The notes under the pieces were generated by a model. That model ran no database searches. It was not told the DNA's origin and saw only the letters and a program-made list of their open reading frames with translations. A program made the position numbers and the translations under genes. 64,000 bases of DNA, taken from an uncultured SAR86 cluster bacterium (GTDB taxonomy: Bacteria > Pseudomonadota > Gammaproteobacteria > Magnimaribacterales > Magnimaribacteraceae). The stretch is taken from assembly GCA_902532015.1 (NCBI GenBank), contig CACAGI010000001.1:57639-121638 (forward strand), given 5' to 3'. Positions 29,766 to 38,121 of this stretch are shown here, piece after piece (the first letter of the stretch is position 1; each line of letters opens with the position of its first letter).

Positions 29766-30434
29766 CTATCTTTCTAACACTTCTATAATAGTATCTTTTG
29801 CTTTTATAATAATATCCGCTTTTCTATTAGAAAAGATTCCATTTTCAACAACTCCAGGAATATTATTTAGCTTTTCTTCTAGCTCAAAAGGTACTTGTAT
29901 AGGGAAGTTGTGCACATCTATAATTTGATTTCCATTGTCTGTCTTAAAGTTATTTCTGTAAACAGGCTTCCCGCCCATTTTCATGAGTTGCCTAGAGATG
30001 GCACTTCTCGCTATTTCTAATACTTCTATTGGTAATGGAAATTTTCCAAGCAGATCTACATGCTTACTATCATCAACAATACAGATAAACTTATCTGATG
30101 AAGAAGCTAATATTTTTTCTCTAGTCAGAGCTCCCCCGCCTCCTTTTATTAATTCAAATCTATCGTTGTATTCATCTGCTCCGTCGATATAAAAGTCAAT
30201 TGAATGTACTTCATTTAAGCTTAAAATTTTTAAAGAAGAACTTAGGCTTTTTTCTGAAGAAATTGAACTACAAACAGCTCCTTTGATTTCTACATTTAAA
30301 CTATTCAGTGCATGTATAAAAAAATTAGTAGTTGAACCGGTTCCTATACCTAATACAGTATCTTTATTAAGTTTAGGTTTAATCAAATCAAAAGCAGCTT
30401 CAGCTGCATTCTTTTTTTTACTATCTTGATTCAT
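29766..30434 (-). CDS. rpiA: Ribose-5-phosphate isomerase A
   Basis: 222 aa. It has GIGTGSTT, IDGADE and KGGGGALTREKI motifs. Confidence 0.9.
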   Translation of the reverse strand: MNQDSKKKNAAEAAFDLIKPKLNKDTVLGIGTGSTTNFFIHALNSLNVEIKGAVCSSISSEKSLSSSLKILSLNEVHSIDFYIDGADEYNDRFELIKGGGGALTREKILASSSDKFICIVDDSKHVDLLGKFPLPIEVLEIARSAISRQLMKMGGKPVYRNNFKTDNGNQIIDVHNFPIQVPFELEEKLNNIPGVVENGIFSNRKADIIIKAKDTIIEVLER

Positions 30435-30512
30435 AAAATACTTATGTTAATGAATATTATTAGCCTATCAGTATAATAACGCGCTTTGCAGATAAGCGGT
30501 TAATATAGATTA

Positions 30513-32045
30513 ATGATTTCTAAAGTATTTAAAGCATATAACAAGTCAATAAATGACTCTAGTGTCTATGATATTGCTGATGTAACCCCTATTACTAGAG
30601 CAAATGCTCTGTCAAAGTCTTTAAATAACAATATTTATCTAAAAAGAGAAGATTTACAGCCTATTTTTTCTTTTAAACTAAGAGGTGCCTATAACAAGTT
30701 ATCAAAACTTAAGAAAAGGGGCTCAAATAGACCTGTAATAGCTGCTTCTGCAGGCAATCATGCACAAGGAGTTGCGTATTCTGCTCAAAAACTGGGTTTA
30801 AAGTCAATCATTGTTATGCCAATTACCACGCCATTGATAAAGATCAATGCAGTAAAGAATTTTGGAGGCAAGGTTACTCTTTTTGGTGATAACTTTGATG
30901 AAGCTTATAACCACGCAGTCTTGTTAGCTAAGAAGGAAGATTATTCTTTTATTCATCCATATGATGATAAGGATGTAATTGCAGGTCAAGGAACTGTTGG
31001 GAAGGAGATCTTAGAGCAAGTGAACTTTAAAACGGAAGCTATCTTTGTGCCTGTAGGGGGAGGAGGTTTGTTAGCCGGTATAGGAACGTATATCAAGTCT
31101 GTATATCCAGAAATTAAGATAATCGGTGTAGAGCCTGATGATGCTGCGTGTTTAGACTTAGCTATTAAGAATAATAAGAGACTATCTCTTAAAGAAGTTG
31201 GTCTTTTTGCAGATGGTGTCGCAGTCAAACAGATTGGTAAAGTAACTTTTGCTTTGATTAAGGAATGGATAGATGATGTGATAACTGTTTCCGTTGATGA
31301 AATGTGCTCAGCAGTGCAAGATACTTTTCAAGAAACAAGAACTATTCCTGAGCCTGCAGGGGCTTTGGCTTTAGCTGGACTGAAAAAGTATACAAAATCG
31401 AAAGGTTTAAAAAATAAGAATCTTATAGCTATTAATTCTGGAGCAAATTTAAATTTTGACAGGTTAGGACATATTGTTGAGAGAGTTCAGTTAGGAGAAC
31501 GGAAGGAGGTCTTACTTAGCGTTAGGATTCCAGAACAAAAAGGAAGTTTCAGAAAGTTTTGTAAGATTTTAGGTAAAAGAATGATATCAGAATTTAATTA
31601 CCGGGCTGAGGATAGTGAAGAAGCAAGTATATTTGTAGCCTGCAGATTCAATGATTCTAATCAAAAGACGAAGCTACTCAGGCATCTCAGGTCTAAAGGC
31701 TATTCACCAAAAGATTTATCTGAAAACGAAGTAGCAAAATTGCATGTCAAACATATGGTTGGAGGAAGGGCTCCTAAAACTATCTCTGAAAAGGGGGAAT
31801 ATCTCTTCAGAGTTGAATTTCCTGAGCGTCCCGGTGCTTTGGTTGATTTTTTAGATAAGCTAAGTGATAACTGGAACATAACTCTTTTCCATTATAGAAA
31901 CCAAGGTTCAGCATATGGCAGAGTATTGGTTGGATTCGAATCACAATCTAAGAATTACTTAAAGTTATTAAGATACCTAGAAAAAACGGGTTTTAGATTT
32001 TGGGAAGAAACAGATAATCTGGCCTATAAATCATTTTTAAAATAA
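30513..32045 (+). CDS. ilvA: Biosynthetic threonine dehydratase
   Basis: 510 aa. It has the PLP-lysine motif (QPIFSFKLRGAYN), ASAGNHAQGVA and two C-terminal ACT-like regulatory repeats. Confidence 0.92.
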   Translation: MISKVFKAYNKSINDSSVYDIADVTPITRANALSKSLNNNIYLKREDLQPIFSFKLRGAYNKLSKLKKRGSNRPVIAASAGNHAQGVAYSAQKLGLKSIIVMPITTPLIKINAVKNFGGKVTLFGDNFDEAYNHAVLLAKKEDYSFIHPYDDKDVIAGQGTVGKEILEQVNFKTEAIFVPVGGGGLLAGIGTYIKSVYPEIKIIGVEPDDAACLDLAIKNNKRLSLKEVGLFADGVAVKQIGKVTFALIKEWIDDVITVSVDEMCSAVQDTFQETRTIPEPAGALALAGLKKYTKSKGLKNKNLIAINSGANLNFDRLGHIVERVQLGERKEVLLSVRIPEQKGSFRKFCKILGKRMISEFNYRAEDSEEASIFVACRFNDSNQKTKLLRHLRSKGYSPKDLSENEVAKLHVKHMVGGRAPKTISEKGEYLFRVEFPERPGALVDFLDKLSDNWNITLFHYRNQGSAYGRVLVGFESQSKNYLKLLRYLEKTGFRFWEETDNLAYKSFLK

Positions 32046-32047
32046 GC

Positions 32048-32632
32048 TTATTGACTAAAGTCCAGATACTGATTTGGGGTTATACAGGCATCTGCTTTTA
32101 TATCGTGTTCTTCTGCCATACAACTTTCAACTTCTTGAAAGTCATAAGCTAATATAATTAATTTAGTTTCTTTTTTATATGAAAGCTTACTTAAGGTTTG
32201 ATCATAAAAGCCTTGCCCCATACCGATTCTATTTCCAATAGAATCAAAGCAAACACAGGGTAAAAAAATGATATCTAGGTCATTTAAATCAATAATTTTT
32301 GCCTCGTTAGGCTCTGGTATATCAAATCTATTTTTATTTAGAGGATTTTCTTTCTCAAAAAAAGCGAAATCTAAGTTCTTGTTTGCTTTATTATTAGATA
32401 CAACAGGAAAAAAACACTCAGATCCTTGCTCTAGAAAGTGATTAATTAAACTGTTAGTTAAAATCTCTCCTTTTACTGCCCAATATAGAGCTACTTTATC
32501 TGTCTTGTAGGAATCTTTGATAGCATTCCATGACTGAAAAAGGGACTTCTCAGCATCAAGCCTTTCTTTTTCTGAGAGACTATTTCTTTTTTTTAGTGTT
32601 TGTTTTCTGAGGTTAATTTTCGTATTCATCAA
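32048..32632 (-). CDS. ygfA: 5-formyltetrahydrofolate cyclo-ligase
   Basis: 194 aa. LRKQTLKKRNSLS..., the later PxVxFD..GxRxGxGxGFYD motif (LPCVCFDSIGNRIGMGQGFYD), and its position directly downstream of 6S RNA support the call. Confidence 0.8.
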   Translation of the reverse strand: MMNTKINLRKQTLKKRNSLSEKERLDAEKSLFQSWNAIKDSYKTDKVALYWAVKGEILTNSLINHFLEQGSECFFPVVSNNKANKNLDFAFFEKENPLNKNRFDIPEPNEAKIIDLNDLDIIFLPCVCFDSIGNRIGMGQGFYDQTLSKLSYKKETKLIILAYDFQEVESCMAEEHDIKADACITPNQYLDFSQ

Positions 32633-32637
32633 CGAGA

Positions 32638-32815
32638 AGTTTCCCAGATTACCGTTGTCATTTACTGCCCTGAACCGTGAAGTTCAAGGCGGTGATTTTG
32701 TAAATTTATCAGGCTTCCCAATTCTGGGCATGCACAACAAGAATTATTCCAAAATCTCCTAATTTTTTTATATCGGCTCGAGAGTAGTAAAAACTATCGA
32801 ATAACCCAGGAAACT
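32638..32815 (-). ncRNA. ssrS: 6S RNA
   Basis: This is an ORF-free gap in zapA-ssrS-ygfA synteny. The minus-strand sequence has a closing stem (AGTTTCCTGGGTTA ... TAATCTGGGAAACT). It also contains blocks that match E. coli 6S by eye: GAGCCGATAT, GCATGC, GAAGCCT, and CCTTGAAC...GGTTCAGGG. The ends are approximate. Confidence 0.75.
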
Positions 32816-32840
32816 AATAAAGTATAACCTAATATGAGTC

Positions 32841-33134
32841 TTACAAAGACAAACTTTTTAACTGATTCTCTACCGCTTTTGTGAGCTCATCGAGTGCAGG
32901 TGAATCTAAAGATTTAACTTGAGGATTTGATAAACTTTTTAAGTATTCGTTTGTTATATTAAGGGCAGTTAGTATCGCAGTCTTTTTGTCATCAAGTTCA
33001 GAACTTTTCTTAATCTCTCTAAGCCTATCATCTAGGAATACAGCAGCTTCCTTAACTGCATCAGCTTCTTCTAGAGGACATGCAATTTTATAAGAAGAAT
33101 CTAAGATCTTTACAGTTGTTACATTTTTTCCCAT
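32841..33134 (-). CDS. zapA: Cell division protein ZapA
   Basis: 97 aa. VKILDSSYKIACPLEEADAVKEAAVFLDDRLREIKK is typical of ZapA. Its position upstream of ssrS matches. Confidence 0.8.
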   Translation of the reverse strand: MGKNVTTVKILDSSYKIACPLEEADAVKEAAVFLDDRLREIKKSSELDDKKTAILTALNITNEYLKSLSNPQVKSLDSPALDELTKAVENQLKSLSL

Positions 33135-33136
33135 CT

Positions 33137-33331
33137 TTAACTTTTATAACGATTTATTATTTGGTTAATGCCTTTTTTTGCTTTATTTAAGGATTCTTCC
33201 AAATTTTTATTTTGTTTATTCAGTTTAGAATTCTTTTTTGATAAGTCTTCATTTACTTCTTTGAGCTGTTGACTAACCTTAATCAGTTTCTTGACTTCTG
33301 TTTCTAGTTTTTGAAATTTTTCTTCTGACAT
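33137..33331 (-). CDS. Small coiled-coil protein (ZapB-like / TIGR02449-like)
   Basis: I prefer the internal ATG at 33331 (MSEEKFQKLETEVKKLIKV...), which avoids overlap with the pepP start. The protein is entirely heptad-like and K/E/N-rich. A similar small coiled-coil gene precedes zapA in pseudomonads. Confidence 0.5.
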   Translation of the reverse strand: MSEEKFQKLETEVKKLIKVSQQLKEVNEDLSKKNSKLNKQNKNLEESLNKAKKGINQIINRYKS

Positions 33332-33413
33332 TTCTTTTTTCTTCGATCTAATTCTAACTTTCAACTGTTTTTCTTGCCAGCATGATTTAACATGACATAT
33401 AAAATTATTACTT

Positions 33414-34727
33414 ATGATTAACAAGCAATTTAATTTCTCAGAAAGAAGATCAGAATTATCGCAAAAGGTCTTAGATGATTCTGCGATTATTGTTGCTTCT
33501 TCCCCTGTTAAATCAAGAGTTTCTGATACTGATTATCTGTATAGGCAAGATAGTAATTTTTACTATCTATCAGGATACGAAGAGCCAGAATCTATATTGC
33601 TGATAAGACCATACGAAAAAAAGGATAATTTTATAATCTTTTGTAGAGATAGAGACTCACTAAAAGAACAATGGGATGGGTTTAGGTCTGGTCAGAAAGG
33701 TGCTGTGAAGGACTTTAATGCAGATAAGTCGTTAAGTATTTCAGCTGTGGACTCTTTAATGCCAGAGTTGTTGGAAGGTGCTAAGAATATTTACTATTCT
33801 ATGAGTTCTCCCTGTGGCCTGGATAAACGAATTAGTACTTGGGTTGATCAAATAAGATTGAATACTAGAGCTGGTGCCGAACCTCCTCAAAATCTACTTT
33901 CTTTAGATTCTATAATTCATGAGATGAGGTTATTGAAATCAAATGAAGAGATTGCGGTCATGAAAGAAGCTGCAGAAATAACAACTGAAGCTCATATCAG
34001 GGCAATGAAGGCTGTAAAGCCGGGGATGTATGAGTATCAGTTGGAAGCTGAGTATTTATACGCTTTTAATAAGAATGGTGCCAGATCTCCTGCTTATAAC
34101 TCGATAGTTGGTGGAGGCAATAATGCTTGTATATTGCATTACGTTGAAAACAACAGTGAGCTTAAAGATGGAGATGTGGTTTTAGTTGATGCAGGCTGTG
34201 AGTATAAATACTACGCATCTGATGTTACAAGGACGTTTCCAGTTAATGGTCACTTTACAGAAGAGCAAAAACAGATCTACTCTGTTGTACTAGAGGCGCA
34301 TAGGCAATCTATGGATCAGCTTAAACCAGGAAATAAATGGAATTTAGCTCATGAAAAATCGGTTGAAGTCATTGTAGAGGGATTGATTGATTTAGGAATT
34401 ATTAAAAGTAGTAAAAAAGAGGCTATAGATAATGGAGAGTATTCTAAATTTTACATGCATAGAATAGGGCATTGGCTAGGAATGGATGTTCATGATGTAG
34501 GTAGTTATAAGCAAGATGGTGATTGGAGGGAACTTGAACAGGGAATGGTTATGACTATAGAGCCGGGAATTTATATTTTAGATTCTTTAGAAGGTGTTGA
34601 TGACAAGTGGAAGGGGATAGGTGTAAGAATAGAAGATGATGTTCTGGTAACTAACAATGGTTTTGAGGTTTTAACTCCCAACATCCCTAGATCTATTGAG
34701 GATGTAGAAAATACTGTTCAGTCTTAA
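33414..34727 (+). CDS. pepP: Xaa-Pro aminopeptidase
   Basis: 437 aa with an N-terminal AMP_N domain (YRQDSNFYYLSGY) and M24 metal ligands (VLVDAGCEY..YASDVTRT, HRIGHWLGMDVHD, TIEPG, IRIEDD). Confidence 0.9.
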   Translation: MINKQFNFSERRSELSQKVLDDSAIIVASSPVKSRVSDTDYLYRQDSNFYYLSGYEEPESILLIRPYEKKDNFIIFCRDRDSLKEQWDGFRSGQKGAVKDFNADKSLSISAVDSLMPELLEGAKNIYYSMSSPCGLDKRISTWVDQIRLNTRAGAEPPQNLLSLDSIIHEMRLLKSNEEIAVMKEAAEITTEAHIRAMKAVKPGMYEYQLEAEYLYAFNKNGARSPAYNSIVGGGNNACILHYVENNSELKDGDVVLVDAGCEYKYYASDVTRTFPVNGHFTEEQKQIYSVVLEAHRQSMDQLKPGNKWNLAHEKSVEVIVEGLIDLGIIKSSKKEAIDNGEYSKFYMHRIGHWLGMDVHDVGSYKQDGDWRELEQGMVMTIEPGIYILDSLEGVDDKWKGIGVRIEDDVLVTNNGFEVLTPNIPRSIEDVENTVQS

Positions 34728-35909
34728 GTGAAATATGAAGCTATCATAGTTGGAGGTGGTGTTGCGGGCGCTTCACTTGCTCTTCTGCTGGGACAGGCTG
34801 GAATGAAGATATGTTTATTGGATAAAGGATCTCCTTCAAAAATCCAAAAGACCGATCTTTTCAAAGGAAAAACTGCATCTCTAAACCTAGCTTCTATAGA
34901 TTTTTTTAAGAAGATTGGGTTATGGGAAAAGGTTAATCATAGCTCGAAAGAATTTACCAATATCGAGGTTTGGGATGCTGAGGGATCTTCTAAGATTATA
35001 TTTAATGCCAAAGATATTTCTAGAAGTAAGCTAGGCAACATAGCTCATAATAATACTATATTAACCGCATTATATGACTTGCTTAAAGACCTACCGAATG
35101 TTAATCGTGTAGAAAATGTATCAGTTTCTATAATTAAAGAAGCAAATGAATCGATAGATGTACAAACTGACTCTGGACTAAGTTTAACAGCAAGTTTAGT
35201 TGTGGGATCTGACGGGTCAATGTCATCAATTAGAAGCCTATCATCTATACCTATAAGAACATGGAGTTATGAACAAACCGCTATTGTTACTCTACTTGAG
35301 TCAGAAATTCCTATTCATGATACTGCTTATCAAATTTTTACTAGTACTGGACCTATTGCAATACTTCCAGTTAGAGTTGAAGAAGAAGAATTAGCATCTT
35401 TAATATGGTCAGCCGATAAAGCTTATGCAGATAAATTATTAACCTCAGAACCTGCAGAATTTTTAAGAGAATTAAAACTCAAAACAGAAAGTAAATTAGG
35501 CAGCTTCAAGATGCGGGAAGAAATATCTTCATTTCCTCTCCATCAATTACATGCGAAAGAGTACTTTTCAAATAGGGCTGTTCTAGTTGGAGACTCAGCT
35601 CATACTATGCATCCGCTTGCTGGCCAAGGATTAAATTTAGGACTGTCCGATGTAATAGATCTATCTGAAAGAATATTATTACTTAGAAGAGAAGGTCGTG
35701 ATATCGCAGATAAGACAATGCTGAAATCTTATAGTGATTCAAGAGAGAAAGTAAATTTGAGAATGACAGCGTTGATGGAAGCTTTTAAAAGAGGCTTTGG
35801 GTCAAAAAATCCCTGGATAAAATTAGGAAGAAATCTAGCTTTTGATATTACAAGTAACAATAAGTCTTTAAAAAAGAAGTTTATAAAAGAGGCAGCGGGT
35901 ATTACTTAA
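34728..35909 (+). CDS. ubiH: FAD-dependent ubiquinone-biosynthesis hydroxylase (UbiH/UbiF/VisC family)
   Basis: 393 aa with a GTG start abutting the pepP stop. It has [13 protein letters not shown] (the FAD GxGxxG motif) and [18 protein letters not shown]. Lies in pepP-ubiH synteny. Confidence 0.8.
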   Translation: MKYEAIIVGGGVAGASLALLLGQAGMKICLLDKGSPSKIQKTDLFKGKTASLNLASIDFFKKIGLWEKVNHSSKEFTNIEVWDAEGSSKIIFNAKDISRSKLGNIAHNNTILTALYDLLKDLPNVNRVENVSVSIIKEANESIDVQTDSGLSLTASLVVGSDGSMSSIRSLSSIPIRTWSYEQTAIVTLLESEIPIHDTAYQIFTSTGPIAILPVRVEEEELASLIWSADKAYADKLLTSEPAEFLRELKLKTESKLGSFKMREEISSFPLHQLHAKEYFSNRAVLVGDSAHTMHPLAGQGLNLGLSDVIDLSERILLLRREGRDIADKTMLKSYSDSREKVNLRMTALMEAFKRGFGSKNPWIKLGRNLAFDITSNNKSLKKKFIKEAAGIT

Positions 35910-36057
35910 TTTTTGATTCTGTATAAAGAACGTGTTTTCTTATAACGGGATCAAATTTCTTAATCTCCATTTTGTCTGGCATCGCAGATTTATTTTTATC
36001 TGTAGTATAAAAATGTCCAGTACCAGCTGAAGAGACTAGTCTAATTTTTTCTCTCAT
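35902..36057 (-). CDS. rpmG: 50S ribosomal protein L33 (not in the ORF track)
   Basis: My translation is [51 protein letters not shown]. Its ATG overlaps the rpmB stop (ATGA). Confidence 0.9.
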   Translation of the reverse strand: MREKIRLVSSAGTGHFYTTDKNKSAMPDKMEIKKFDPVIRKHVLYTESKIK

Positions 36058-36290
36058 ATCTTTTCTCCTCGTGCCCTTATGTCTGCAAGAACTTTATCTA
36101 TACCATTTTTATCAATAGTCCTCATGCCGTTCGCAGATACTGTTAAGCTGATGTACCTATTTTCTGATTCCACCCAAAACTTATGTTTATGTAGGTTAGG
36201 TTGGAAGGTTCTCTTGTTACGATTCTTTGCATGTGAAACATTGTTTCCAGCTTGTGGTTTTTTTCCAGTAACTTGACAGACTTTTGACAT
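36054..36290 (-). CDS. rpmB: 50S ribosomal protein L28
   Basis: I take the internal ATG at 36290: [39 protein letters not shown]... (78 aa, canonical L28). The track ORF carries a spurious 21-aa extension. Confidence 0.92.
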   Translation of the reverse strand: MSKVCQVTGKKPQAGNNVSHAKNRNKRTFQPNLHKHKFWVESENRYISLTVSANGMRTIDKNGIDKVLADIRARGEKI

Positions 36291-36393
36291 AATAGTTTTT
36301 AAATTTTCTTCATTGAAGGCGCGTTTTATACCAGAACCACTACCAGCAAGCAAGATTAAGACTGTATAATCCTAATTTTTTTAGCAAATTATT

Positions 36394-37596
36394 TTGAATT
36401 CATTAGCAAATAAAAATATTTTATTGGGTGTAACTGGCGGTATAGCTGCATATAAGTCAGCTGAAATAGTGCGTGCATTAAAGAAGGCCGGTTCATCAGT
36501 TAGAGTAGTAATGACTAAGTCTGCTGAAGAGTTTATTACACCTCTAACACTCCAAGCTTTATCAGGTAATAAAGTTTCTTCTGATCTCTTAGATCCCGAA
36601 ACCGAAGCAGGCATGGGTCATATTGAGTTGGCTAAGTGGGCTGATGCAATTTTAATAGCTCCGACTACTGCAAATACGCTAGCAAAATTAGCTTCTGGAA
36701 GAGCCGATGACCTCTTGTCTAGCATTAGCTTAGCTTTCGAAGGTCCTCTAGCATTAGCGCCAGCAATGAATCAGGCTATGTGGAAAGACTCTAGAACTAA
36801 AGAAAATATAGAGAAGCTAAAAGATAATAACTTTAATATTTATGGCCCTGGTTCTGGAGAGCAAGCATGTGGAGATATTGGCCTTGGAAGAATGTTAGAG
36901 CCAGAAGAAATTATGTTAAATTTTTCTTTACTCTTCGAAGAAGGACATTTAAATAATAAAAATATTCTGATTACCGCTGGTCCTACTCAAGAACCAATAG
37001 ATCCTGTTAGGTACATCACCAACAGGAGCTCCGGAAAAATGGGTTATTGCCTTGCAGAAGCAAGTCTAGAATCTGGTGCGAATGTCACTTTAGTATCTGG
37101 GCCTGTGAATATAGAGGCTCCTGAAGGGGCCCATTTAGTAAAAGTTCAAACCGCTGAAGAAATGTACGAATCGGTTATGCATCACATTAAAAATACAGAT
37201 ATATTCATTAGTTCCGCGGCCGTAGCTGACTATAAGCCAGAAAATTTTTCAAAAGATAAAATTAAAAAATCTGACAAAAACTCAGAAATTTCCATTGGAA
37301 TGACAAAAAATAAAGATATTCTCAAGAGCGTTAGTGAAATTAGCAATAAACCTTACTTGGTAGGTTTTGCTGCAGAAACAAATGACCTAATAAATAATGC
37401 AAAATTAAAACTAAAAAATAAAAAGTTAGATTTAATTATTGCAAATGATGTTTCGGGCAAAGATATAGGTTTTGACTCAGAAGAAAATGAAGTTACATTA
37501 ATAAATTCTGATTCAGAATTTTTCATTGAAAAAGAATCAAAAAAAAAGGTAGCTTCAAAAATAATTAAATATATTTCTGAAAAGTTAGTTTCTTAG
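36394..37596 (+). CDS. coaBC: Bifunctional phosphopantothenoylcysteine decarboxylase / phosphopantothenate-cysteine ligase
   Basis: 400 aa with a TTG start. It has an N-terminal flavoprotein domain (ILLGVTGGIAAYK) and a C-terminal DFP domain (ITAGPTQEPIDPVRYITNRSSGKMG). Confidence 0.9.
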   Translation: MNSLANKNILLGVTGGIAAYKSAEIVRALKKAGSSVRVVMTKSAEEFITPLTLQALSGNKVSSDLLDPETEAGMGHIELAKWADAILIAPTTANTLAKLASGRADDLLSSISLAFEGPLALAPAMNQAMWKDSRTKENIEKLKDNNFNIYGPGSGEQACGDIGLGRMLEPEEIMLNFSLLFEEGHLNNKNILITAGPTQEPIDPVRYITNRSSGKMGYCLAEASLESGANVTLVSGPVNIEAPEGAHLVKVQTAEEMYESVMHHIKNTDIFISSAAVADYKPENFSKDKIKKSDKNSEISIGMTKNKDILKSVSEISNKPYLVGFAAETNDLINNAKLKLKNKKLDLIIANDVSGKDIGFDSEENEVTLINSDSEFFIEKESKKKVASKIIKYISEKLVS

Positions 37597-37598
37597 TT

Positions 37599-38024
37599 TT
37601 ATTTTGAAGGTTCTTGTGATGGCTCTTCTTCAGTAGAAGTTTCCTCGACTATACCTTCCTCAGGTACTGTTTCTTCGACTGCTAGCTCTTCTGTAGGCAC
37701 TTCATTCGTTGCAGTTTCTTCAACTACGGAATTTTCAACTGGAGTTTCTTCTGTCGCATCTTCGGATACAGCCTTTACCTTTGTTTTATTTCCAAAACGT
37801 TTTCTGAATTTATCAACTCTTCCTGCAGTATCTACCAGATTTTGTTTACCAGTATAGAAAGGATGCGAAGCCGACGAAACATCAAGCTGGAAATATGGAT
37901 AGGTTTTTCCTTCCCATTCTTTCGTTTGATCGGTCTCGAGAGATGAAGGAATAAGGAAATAAGTGTCCACACTTGTATCATGGAAGAGTACTTCTCTGTA
38001 TTCTGGATGAATGTCTTTTCTCAT
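37599..38024 (-). CDS. rpmE: 50S ribosomal protein L31, type B (no zinc ribbon), with a roughly 60-aa acidic C-terminal extension
   Basis: [23 protein letters not shown]...[14 protein letters not shown]...[11 protein letters not shown] matches YkgM-type L31 and lacks the CxxC pairs. It is followed by an E/T/V-rich tail. It lies divergent from priA, as rpmE does in E. coli. Confidence 0.85.
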   Translation of the reverse strand: MRKDIHPEYREVLFHDTSVDTYFLIPSSLETDQTKEWEGKTYPYFQLDVSSASHPFYTGKQNLVDTAGRVDKFRKRFGNKTKVKAVSEDATEETPVENSVVEETATNEVPTEELAVEETVPEEGIVEETSTEEEPSQEPSK

Positions 38025-38121
38025 TTGATAATTGTTAAATTAAAAATATGGCAGCGCACTATACCAGACAGACAATACATGGCAAATGCTAATATAGTGC
38101 CAATAGGTTTAGAATAAGTTT

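Noticed and set aside
37541-37549. Homopolymer tracts as phase-variation switches: A9 in coaBC, T9 at 8920-8928 in argH and T8 in lysA.
   Set aside because: These lie in essential housekeeping genes and encode lysine/phenylalanine runs expected in an AT-rich genome. There is no evidence of frame disruption.
38056-38100. The inverted repeat GCACTATA...TATAGTGC between rpmE (type B L31) and priA, as a candidate Zur box.
   Set aside because: The arms are 29 nt apart and do not resemble the gammaproteobacterial Zur consensus (GTTATA-N-TATAAC type). An 8-bp AT-rich repeat in an AT-rich spacer could be chance.
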